A DNA stretch of 64,000 nucleotides from Bacteroidota bacterium (GTDB lineage: Bacteria > Bacteroidota > Bacteroidia > NS11-12g > UBA955): positions 17,696 through 81,695 of the forward strand of contig JAIXYV010000040.1 of assembly GCA_027490055.1 (NCBI GenBank). Reading direction: 5' to 3'. Each line of letters begins with the position of its first letter. Position 1 is the first letter of the stretch. Below, one piece after another: positions 56,713 through 64,000 of the stretch. Below the pieces are notes generated by a model that did not search any database, had not been told where the DNA came from, and was given only the letters and a program-made list of their open reading frames with translations. Made by a program: the position numbers and the translations under genes.

Positions 56713-58038
56713 ATGGATGCATTGATAATGGCCGGGCAAATCATATTGGCTCTGGCAATTTTGGTTACTCTTCACGAACTTGGTCACTTTGCTGCTGCAA
56801 GATTATTTGGTATTAAAGTAGAAAAATTCTACCTCTTCTTCGATGCCTGGGGTTTCAAACTATTCAGCTTTAAAAAAGGCGATACTGAATATGGTATCGG
56901 TTGGTTGCCGCTTGGTGGTTATGTAAAAATTGCCGGTATGGTTGACGAAAGCATGGATTCTGAACAACTAAAATCAGAACCAAAAGACTGGGAGTTCAGA
57001 AGCAAACCAGCATGGCAGCGTCTAATCGTTATGATTGGTGGTGTTACCGTGAATTTCGTTCTTGGTATCCTTATTTACATCTTCTCATTATGGTACTACG
57101 GCGATTCAAGATTGCCAGTAGAAAAAGTGAAATTTGGCATCAACGCCAAAGAAGTTGGTAAAGAAATTGGCTTGAGAGATGGCGACCTGATTACCGGTGT
57201 CAATGGCATCAAAGCTAAATATGTAGACGAGACTAAAAAACCATCTATTTTCTTAAACGATGGCAACCACTACGATGTGCTTAGAGATAATCAATCTATT
57301 GAAATCGCCCTGCCTAAAGACATCGTTAACCGTATTTCTGATAAGAAAAATTCGATCTTCGACCTGCGTCTTCCATGTATCATAGACAGCACAGAAAAAA
57401 AATCTCCGGCTGATATCGCCGGATTAAAAAAAGGCGACCAAATTATTGCAGTCAATGATACCGCTACAGCCTATCACCACGAAGTAAAAGAACACCTGGT
57501 GTTTTACGCTAACAAATCAATTAAACTTACCTATGTGAGAAATGGCGATACACTTAATTGTAAAGCAAAACTCACAAAAGACGGTCGCTTAGGCTTCTTC
57601 CCACAAGATCCAAACGAAAAAGATTATATCGACTTCACATACACTTTCGGGCAGTCTGTTCCACTTGGCTATTCAAGAGCTATGGAATCACTGTCTGATA
57701 ATATCACTGGATTGAAGAAACTGGTAAGCGGTAAAATAGATCCACGAAAATCCGTACAGGGACCAATAGGCATTGCTACCATGTTTGGTGGCACCTGGGA
57801 ATGGTCGAGATTCTGGGCCTTAACCGGACTCTTATCTCTAATTTTAGCATTCATGAACTTATTGCCTATTCCGGCGCTCGATGGCGGTCACGTTGTTTTC
57901 CTAATTATTGAAATGATCATCCGCCGTCCGCTTAGCGATAAATTCATGCAGGTGATGCAAGTTATCGGTATGGTAATTCTGCTCTCTTTAATGGTTTTTG
58001 CTTTCGGCAACGACATCTTTAAACTGTTTAATAAATAA
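56713..58038 (+). CDS. rseP: RIP metalloprotease RseP (site-2 protease)
   Basis: 441 aa. HELGH in the first TM helix, PDZ region, and C-terminal NLLPIPALDGG motif. Confidence 0.9.
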   Translation: MDALIMAGQIILALAILVTLHELGHFAAARLFGIKVEKFYLFFDAWGFKLFSFKKGDTEYGIGWLPLGGYVKIAGMVDESMDSEQLKSEPKDWEFRSKPAWQRLIVMIGGVTVNFVLGILIYIFSLWYYGDSRLPVEKVKFGINAKEVGKEIGLRDGDLITGVNGIKAKYVDETKKPSIFLNDGNHYDVLRDNQSIEIALPKDIVNRISDKKNSIFDLRLPCIIDSTEKKSPADIAGLKKGDQIIAVNDTATAYHHEVKEHLVFYANKSIKLTYVRNGDTLNCKAKLTKDGRLGFFPQDPNEKDYIDFTYTFGQSVPLGYSRAMESLSDNITGLKKLVSGKIDPRKSVQGPIGIATMFGGTWEWSRFWALTGLLSLILAFMNLLPIPALDGGHVVFLIIEMIIRRPLSDKFMQVMQVIGMVILLSLMVFAFGNDIFKLFNK

Positions 58039-58544
58039 TGGATGCTGGCAAATTAATATTGCCTAATACGAAAGATTACTTCAGTTTTTACGGACTGGAG
58101 GAAAAATTTATTATCGATCCGGCTGAGTTGAAACAATTGTTTCTGGAGAAAAGCAAATTGTATCACCCCGATTTTTATCTGGCGGATGCAGAATCACAAA
58201 ACATTGCCATTTCAACCAGTGCTTATAACAATCTTGCCTACAAAACGCTTGGTGCAGATATCAGCAGAGCCACTTATTTATTAAGTCTGAAAACTGGCAG
58301 CGAAGAAAAATCCATTCAATTACCTCAGGCTTTTCTGATGGAGATGATGGAACTGAATGAAATGATTGACGAGATCAGCGACGATAGCCGTTATGACATA
58401 GAAGATCAGATTCTGGTCCTCAAGAAAACGGCACTCGAAAGTATTCGTCAGTATGCCAGCGAAGAAATATGGACCAGCCTGCAAATTGAAATACTAAAAT
58501 GGCGCTATCTCGAACGATTGGAAAATCGTCTGAATGAAGGCTAG
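58038..58544 (+). CDS. HscB-like J-domain co-chaperone
   Basis: 168 aa. Contains YFSFYGL...L...YHPDF (J-domain with HPD) and a helical C-terminal domain. Its ATG shares one base with the rseP stop (TAATG). Confidence 0.6.
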   Translation: MDAGKLILPNTKDYFSFYGLEEKFIIDPAELKQLFLEKSKLYHPDFYLADAESQNIAISTSAYNNLAYKTLGADISRATYLLSLKTGSEEKSIQLPQAFLMEMMELNEMIDEISDDSRYDIEDQILVLKKTALESIRQYASEEIWTSLQIEILKWRYLERLENRLNEG

Positions 58545-60211
58545 TGCTTCAGCTTCTTTACGGATCTTAATCTCAGAAAATTGTTGGGATTCGATGTCAA
58601 GCCCTCTACCCATTTCTGACTCATGCGAATGCTCTCATCATAGTACAAAATAATGCAAGGCATATCTCTCATCATTGTATTTTCAGCCTGTGTCAGGTAA
58701 GACATTCTTTTAGCCGCATCTGGCTCTGTCATGCTCTTCTGCATTAACTGATCATAGGCGGGATTGGTGTAGTGGAAATAGTTAGGACCGTCAGGACTGA
58801 AATTACGCGTTTCAAAGCAGATCAAATAGTTTTCCGCATCAGGATAATCAGCCGTCCAGCTACCCCTGAAACAATTGATTTTCTGATCCTTTTTTAACTG
58901 TCTTAAGAAACTGGAAGGGTGAACATCAATTCTCATTTTAACACCCACTTTCTGCAGTTCTTTCTGAACATAAATCATCAGTTCCAGATAGTCTTGCGTG
59001 GTATTCAAAACAATTTCTGGCATCTCAGCAAGATTGACTCCACTGCGTTTGAGATAAAACAAAGCACTGTCGATGTTATAGGTTTGCTTATTGATTTTGT
59101 CAAACGCATACCCTGGCATGCCGGCAGGCACAAAACCATACTGAGCAGGAATGCCAATCCCATTTCTTAAATAAAGAATCAGGTTCTTTTTATCGATAGC
59201 AAAATTGATGGCTCTTCTGAAATCTGCATTGCTCAAAGGGTGATTACCGAACTTTGGATCAATATTAAAACCGATGTATTCGGTATTCATAAACGGCGAT
59301 TTAATGAGATTGAATTTGCCTTTGTAGGCCTCTTTTAAGTTCCCATTTCTGTTGATTAGCTCATCTTTAATTGTGGCATCTATCCCATTAAAAAAATCGT
59401 ACTCGCCATGCACAAACTTCATAAACGCTGTCTGTTTGTTTTTAATATTATCAACCATGACACCATCCAGATAAGGCAAACGCTGACCGTTTTCAAAGCG
59501 GTAATACTGAGGATGTCGTCCGAGCAATACCCCCACCTCGTCTTCCCATTTTCTAAACATAAATGGTCCCGTTCCTACAGGATGTGTTCTGAATTCAGCC
59601 GTATTAATACCCTTTGGAACGATGTAACAATAATTCATTGACAAGATCCCGATAAAAGGTTTGAAAGCCTTGAGCAATGTAATCTGTACAGTTGAATCGT
59701 TAAGTGCTATGACTGGAAAAGGCACAGAGTCATTGCTCGTAAAACATCGCAAATCCATTTTATCATTAAAAATCCATGCTCCGGGAGACGCCGTTTTAGG
59801 ATCGGCTACCCTTCTGAAAGAAAATACCACATCCTCGGCTTTAAATTTCTTAGACGGCGTTTGATTTTTTTCATTTGGATTTATTTCTGTTAAAGGATGA
59901 AAAAAGACATCCGTGCGAAGATGGAAGGTATAAACTTTGCCGGAATCAGAAACCTCCCACGACTTTGCCAAACAGGGAACCGACTCCAGTTGATCGTTAA
60001 ATTCGACCAAGCCCTCAAACATCTGAGAAGCCACCCATATCTCACTTTGCGTGCGGGTAAAGGCCGGATCTAAAGTGGTTAAATTCTGATCTTCGTTATA
60101 GAAAAAGTAATTCGAAAATTTCAACTTATCCACATTTTGACAACTATTTATCCAAATCAATATGGGGAAAAATAGGGCCGTTTTTAGGGTGATACTAATA
60201 TGCTTAATCAT
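58541..60211 (-). CDS. ABC transporter substrate-binding lipoprotein (family 5, peptide/nickel type)
   Basis: 556 aa with lipobox INSC. Length and blocks (LVEFNDQLESVPCLAKSWEVSDSGKVYTFHLR) are typical of SBP family 5. Confidence 0.75.
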   Translation of the reverse strand: MIKHISITLKTALFFPILIWINSCQNVDKLKFSNYFFYNEDQNLTTLDPAFTRTQSEIWVASQMFEGLVEFNDQLESVPCLAKSWEVSDSGKVYTFHLRTDVFFHPLTEINPNEKNQTPSKKFKAEDVVFSFRRVADPKTASPGAWIFNDKMDLRCFTSNDSVPFPVIALNDSTVQITLLKAFKPFIGILSMNYCYIVPKGINTAEFRTHPVGTGPFMFRKWEDEVGVLLGRHPQYYRFENGQRLPYLDGVMVDNIKNKQTAFMKFVHGEYDFFNGIDATIKDELINRNGNLKEAYKGKFNLIKSPFMNTEYIGFNIDPKFGNHPLSNADFRRAINFAIDKKNLILYLRNGIGIPAQYGFVPAGMPGYAFDKINKQTYNIDSALFYLKRSGVNLAEMPEIVLNTTQDYLELMIYVQKELQKVGVKMRIDVHPSSFLRQLKKDQKINCFRGSWTADYPDAENYLICFETRNFSPDGPNYFHYTNPAYDQLMQKSMTEPDAAKRMSYLTQAENTMMRDMPCIILYYDESIRMSQKWVEGLTSNPNNFLRLRSVKKLKH

Positions 60212-60218
60212 ATTTTTG
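60211..60218 (+). promoter_or_regulatory. -7 box TATTTTTG upstream of the metal-dependent hydrolase gene
   Basis: Exact TAnnTTTG, 20 nt before the ATG at 60239. Supports 60239 rather than 60200 as the start. Confidence 0.4.
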
Positions 60219-60224
60219 AAAGTT

Positions 60225-60232
60225 CAAATTTA
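60225..60232 (-). promoter_or_regulatory. -7 box (TAAATTTG on minus strand) upstream of the substrate-binding protein gene
   Basis: Plus-strand caaattta, 13 nt upstream of the ATG at 60211. Confidence 0.4.
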
Positions 60233-60238
60233 AGTGCA

Positions 60239-60919
60239 ATGAAAGTAAAATATTACGGTCACTCTTGTTTCAGTGTTCACATTGGTGGAAAAGAGCTCCT
60301 TTTTGACCCTTTTATTACGCACAATCCATTGGCTAAAGACATTGATATCAATAGCATCCAGGCCGATTATATTTTTTTAAGTCACGGTCACCAAGACCAC
60401 CTTGCAGATGCCCTGAGCATTGCTGCCAATACCCAGGCTAAAATAGTAGCTATCTGGGAAATCTGCGAATGGTCAGGCAGAAACGGGCATACCGACAACC
60501 ATCCGATGAACATTGGTGGATTCTGGAATTTTGATTTCGGAACTGTTCAAATGGTGAAAGCAGTTCACTCAAGTTCATTTCCTGACGGCACTTACGCTGG
60601 AACACCCTGCGGATTTGTTATTTCAGGAGACGACAAAACTTTCTACTACAGCGGCGATACGGCCTTAACTTTAGATATGCAACTGATACCTGAAAGGCAC
60701 AATGTCAATTTCGCTTTCCTGCCTATCGGAAGCAATTTCACGATGGACATCACAGATGCTGTAACAGCAGCCAAATTCGTAAAATGCAACCACATTATCG
60801 GTATGCATTACGACACTTTTGGTTACATCACCATCAATCACGGCGAAGCAGTTAACCAGTTCAATCAGGCTGGTAAACTTTTAACTTTAATGACAATAGG
60901 ACAAACACTCGACATCTAG
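60239..60919 (+). CDS. metal-dependent hydrolase (UPF0173, metallo-beta-lactamase fold)
   Basis: MKVKYYGHSCF..., HxHxDH motif (SHGHQDH) and a typical length of about 226 aa. Confidence 0.8.
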   Translation: MKVKYYGHSCFSVHIGGKELLFDPFITHNPLAKDIDINSIQADYIFLSHGHQDHLADALSIAANTQAKIVAIWEICEWSGRNGHTDNHPMNIGGFWNFDFGTVQMVKAVHSSSFPDGTYAGTPCGFVISGDDKTFYYSGDTALTLDMQLIPERHNVNFAFLPIGSNFTMDITDAVTAAKFVKCNHIIGMHYDTFGYITINHGEAVNQFNQAGKLLTLMTIGQTLDI

Positions 60920-60933
60920 TCAAACAATACAAA

Positions 60934-61731
60934 ATGGGAAAGATCATCACAATTGCAAATCAAAAGGGAGGCGTAGGTAAAACAACCACAGCAATCAACC
61001 TGGCAGCCAGTCTGGCAGTTCTCGAATTTAAAACCTTACTGGTGGATGCCGATCCTCAGGCAAACTCCTCTTCAGGTATAGGATTCGATCCTCAGAACAT
61101 CAAAATTGGATTATACGATTGTCTGATTAACGATACCGCACCGAAAGATGTCATCTTAAAATCAGATTTAAAATTCCTCGACTTGCTGCCATCCAATATC
61201 AACCTGGTAGGTGCCGAGTTAGAAATGATTGATCTTCCAAACAGAGAAAGAGTGATGAAGCAAGCTTTCGAATCTCTTAAAAAGGAGTACGATTTCATTG
61301 TTATCGACTGTTCGCCTTCTCTGGGTTTGATCACGACCAATTCACTTTGTGCTGCCGATTCTATCATTATCCCGGTTCAATGCGAGTACTTCGCTTTGGA
61401 AGGCTTGGGCAAATTATTAAATACCATCCGTATTGTTCAGAAAGAACTAAATAAAAACCTATCTATCGAAGGCATTCTACTAACCATGTATGACTCACGC
61501 TTGCGCTTAAGCAATCATGTTGTAGAAGATGTTAAAATGCACTTCCAGGACCTGGTATTTGATACCATCATCCCAAGAAATACTAAACTGAGTGAGGCGC
61601 CAAGTTTTGGTTTACCAGTTATCACACACGATGTATCAAGTAAAGGTTCTACCACTTACCTTAATTTAGCCAGAGAGATTCTGCAAAGAAATGGCATGAC
61701 TAAAATGGAGAAAACTGAAAAGGTAATGTAA
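60934..61731 (+). CDS. parA: ParA family chromosome partitioning ATPase
   Basis: 265 aa with the deviant Walker A motif NQKGGVGKTTT. Confidence 0.9.
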   Translation: MGKIITIANQKGGVGKTTTAINLAASLAVLEFKTLLVDADPQANSSSGIGFDPQNIKIGLYDCLINDTAPKDVILKSDLKFLDLLPSNINLVGAELEMIDLPNRERVMKQAFESLKKEYDFIVIDCSPSLGLITTNSLCAADSIIIPVQCEYFALEGLGKLLNTIRIVQKELNKNLSIEGILLTMYDSRLRLSNHVVEDVKMHFQDLVFDTIIPRNTKLSEAPSFGLPVITHDVSSKGSTTYLNLAREILQRNGMTKMEKTEKVM

Positions 61732-61735
61732 TCAT

Positions 61736-62662
61736 ATGAATTCAATGAGTAAAGACGCAAATAAACCAAAGAAAGGTGGCCTTGGAAGAGGCTTATCGGC
61801 ATTATTAAACAATGCTGAAACAGACATCACTGTAAGCAGCGAATACAGAGCTGGTGGTGGTGTTCAGTTAATTGACATTAAAGATATCGAAGCGAATCCT
61901 TTTCAGCCAAGAACAGAATTCGAACAAAAAGCACTTGATGAATTATCAGAATCCATCAAAGTACACGGACTGATTCAACCGGTGACGGTGAGAAAAATGG
62001 GGTATGACAAATACCAGTTAATCAGTGGTGAAAGAAGAACCAGAGCCTCTATCATGGCTGGTCTCGAAAGAATTCCTGCTTATATCCGTATTGCCAACGA
62101 CCAGGAAATGCTGGAGATGGCATTGATTGAAAATATCCAAAGAGAAAACCTCAACCCAATAGAGGTATCTCTAAGTTATAAAAGATTGCTTGAAGAGTGC
62201 CAGTTAAAACAAGAAGAACTTGGCGACCGTGTTGGTAAAGACAGAAGTACTGTCAGCAACTACCTGCGTTTGCTGCGTTTACCTGATGAGGTACAAATTG
62301 GTTTAAAAATCAATAAGATCTCAATGGGGCATGCCAAAGCCATCTTATCTGTGGAAGATCCAGACGAGCAGATTGCTTTGTACAGACGCATCGAAAAAGA
62401 AAATCTCAGCGTAAGAGGTGCTGAAGAAGTCGTTAAACAAGCTAAAGCAGCCAAAGGTGGTGCCGGATCTACTGGTAAAACCCCTAGTGCTCCTTCTTTC
62501 GAAATTGATGATGCTCTGAAGATGAAAATCGACAAGATCAATACCCTACTGTCTTCTCAGATGATGGTAAAACCCAAAGGCAATAAAGGAGAAATCGTTA
62601 TCCCGTTCAAAAACTACGAAGAATTGGAACGGATTTTGACGAATCTTGCTGAGCATGAATAG
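61736..62662 (+). CDS. parB: ParB/Spo0J chromosome partitioning protein
   Basis: 308 aa. ParB box GERRTRA, plus LIENIQRENLNPIE and an HTH region. Confidence 0.9.
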   Translation: MNSMSKDANKPKKGGLGRGLSALLNNAETDITVSSEYRAGGGVQLIDIKDIEANPFQPRTEFEQKALDELSESIKVHGLIQPVTVRKMGYDKYQLISGERRTRASIMAGLERIPAYIRIANDQEMLEMALIENIQRENLNPIEVSLSYKRLLEECQLKQEELGDRVGKDRSTVSNYLRLLRLPDEVQIGLKINKISMGHAKAILSVEDPDEQIALYRRIEKENLSVRGAEEVVKQAKAAKGGAGSTGKTPSAPSFEIDDALKMKIDKINTLLSSQMMVKPKGNKGEIVIPFKNYEELERILTNLAEHE

Positions 62663-63221
62663 AACGCTTCTATTACTACTATTTATATCTGTTTCTATCT
62701 CTGGCAAAGCCTTAACGCCATTTGCTTCTGCAGCATTTGTGAGCAAGGACACTGGCAAGACGCATAAACACTCGCCTCATAAAGCTAGTGTTTACAGCGC
62801 TGTATTACCCGGACTTGGTCAGGCTTACAACAGAAAGTACTGGAAAATTCCTATTGTTTATGCGGCATTGGGGACATCAACTTTTTTTATTGTTGACAAC
62901 AGAAAAAACATGCTTATCAAACAAGATGCTTTAAAACTAAGACTAGACGGCGACCCTGCAACTAATCCACTTGGAGATGATGCCACGACACCAATAGATG
63001 TTCTTAAAGCACAGAGAAACACCTACAGAACGAACAGAGATTACAGTATCATTACGACTGCGGCATTTTACTTAATCAACATCATAGATGCCACTGTGGA
63101 TGCCCATTTTTACAAGTTTAACATCGATCAGCCCCTGGCCATGCAAAAACAAAGACACTGGCATATGAGCACTTCAACTGTAGGAATCACACCGACATTC
63201 GGACTGGCTTACAGGTTCTAA
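62646..63221 (+). CDS. DUF5683 domain-containing protein
   Basis: 191 aa with a signal peptide. SAVLPGLGQAYNRKYWKIPIVYAALG block. The position after parB is conserved in Bacteroidota. Confidence 0.6.
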   Translation: MLSMNRTLLLLLFISVSISGKALTPFASAAFVSKDTGKTHKHSPHKASVYSAVLPGLGQAYNRKYWKIPIVYAALGTSTFFIVDNRKNMLIKQDALKLRLDGDPATNPLGDDATTPIDVLKAQRNTYRTNRDYSIITTAAFYLINIIDATVDAHFYKFNIDQPLAMQKQRHWHMSTSTVGITPTFGLAYRF

Positions 63222-63469
63222 TCTTTCGTTTTATCCAGCTCGGGCGTGGCATGCAGTCGCGCTATAAAATTGACCGCTCCCCCTTTCCTTCTGGCGTATC
63301 CGCAGAGTAGTAATCCGCACAACACACCTATCACAACAAAAACTGAGGCAATTACAAGGCCCGTTGATGAGTCGAAGTACCAATAAAACAGACCTCCAAT
63401 AATGCTAAAAAACAGCAGTGGCGATAGAAATATCCTGGCGTAAGCAAGGAATTCAACAACATATTTCAT
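63218..63469 (-). CDS. hypothetical small membrane protein
   Basis: 83 aa with two hydrophobic helices. Its stop overlaps the DUF5683 stop region. Confidence 0.35.
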   Translation of the reverse strand: MKYVVEFLAYARIFLSPLLFFSIIGGLFYWYFDSSTGLVIASVFVVIGVLCGLLLCGYARRKGGAVNFIARLHATPELDKTKD

Positions 63470-63591
63470 AGTTAGATATCAGACTTTTGACTTCAAAAAT
63501 AATTATTATAAATTAAAACACCCTGTCAGGGTGAAAAATAAATTAATTAGAAAAACCCCAAAGAAGCCCTAAAACGCTATCATTTTTTATC

Positions 63592-63599
63592 TATATTTG
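63592..63599 (+). promoter_or_regulatory. -7 box TATATTTG upstream of thrS
   Basis: Exact TAnnTTTG, 11 nt before the ATG at 63611. Confidence 0.4.
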
Positions 63600-63610
63600 C
63601 ACTCTTTTTT

Positions 63611-64000
63611 ATGTCGGAAATTAAAATCACCTTACCGGACGGTAGTGTCAGAGAATATCCATCAGGGATTACTGCACATCAGGTTGCTCAAAGCATCAGT
63701 GAAGGACTGGCGCGCAATATTATTGCCGCAAAAGTCAATGGCCAGGTCGTTGAAACCAGCAGACCTATCACGACGGATGCTAACCTGACACTTCTGAAAT
63801 GGGAAGATAAAGAAGGTAAAAACACCTTCTGGCACTCCTCTGCTCACCTTTTGGCTGAAGCACTGGAAGCGTTGTACCCTGGTGTAAAATTCGGTATCGG
63901 TCCCGCTATTGATAATGGTTTCTATTACGACATCGACTTCGGTGATCACAAATTTACCGGAGATGATTTTGCCAAATTAGAAGCAAAAATGCTTGAACTG
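63611..64000 (+). CDS. thrS: threonine--tRNA ligase, N-terminal part (runs off the window end)
   Basis: Not in the ORF track (no stop in window). MSEIKITLPDGSVREYPSGITAHQVAQSISEGLARNIIAAKVNGQVVE... is the TGS domain. It is followed by FWHSSAHLLAEALEALYPGVKFGIGPAIDNGFYYD of the editing domain. Confidence 0.9.
   Translation, partial: MSEIKITLPDGSVREYPSGITAHQVAQSISEGLARNIIAAKVNGQVVETSRPITTDANLTLLKWEDKEGKNTFWHSSAHLLAEALEALYPGVKFGIGPAIDNGFYYDIDFGDHKFTGDDFAKLEAKMLEL

Noticed and set aside
60200-60238. Longer start (60200) for the metallo-hydrolase. Similar cases are the TTG starts at 46543 (hutU) and 27767 (fhs).
   Set aside because: The -7 boxes at 60211-60218 and 46541-46548 lie inside or over these extensions. 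Family N-termini ([19 protein letters not shown]..., MSDIAIAQ) begin at the downstream ATGs.

Overview
This window looks like a mostly housekeeping chromosomal segment from an AT-rich, gliding, T9SS-bearing member of the Bacteroidota. Supporting signs are the gldD-gldE-ssb-mutY string, two proteins with Por/T9SS C-terminal sorting domains, a bS22-like mini ribosomal protein, a DUF5683 gene after parAB, and many TAnnTTTG -7 promoter boxes.

I support about 62 protein-coding genes. They include ftsH, clpB, recQ, fhs, kbl, anmK, kdsD, lepB, dapB, murB, hutH, hutU, rseP, parA/parB and a thrS 5' part. There are two tRNAs on the minus strand, Leu-TAA and Gly-GCC, each with its own terminator, plus several intrinsic terminators.

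I see no CRISPR array, transposase, integrase, reverse transcriptase or recognisable defence gene. The unusual content is small-scale:
- An Avd-like four-helix-bundle gene (23S rRNA IVS protein family) at 48880-49227 is bracketed by inverted hexamer microsatellite arms, a thrice-repeated palindromic unit and a 16-bp hairpin, next to the tRNA pair.
- Three adjacent heptanucleotide microsatellites sit just upstream of the -7 box of a TlpA-like gene.
- At least eight genes have a -7 box exactly 4-5 nt from the start codon, which predicts leaderless mRNAs. This geometry also places an ATC at the expected start of an ECF sigma factor.
- A 1878-aa T9SS protein ends in three tandem Cys-framed modules of about 105 aa.
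- A T9SS C10 (streptopain-like) protease is translationally coupled to a small lipoprotein that may be its inhibitor.

Functional calls rest on recognisable motifs and gene order read by eye. No database search was run.
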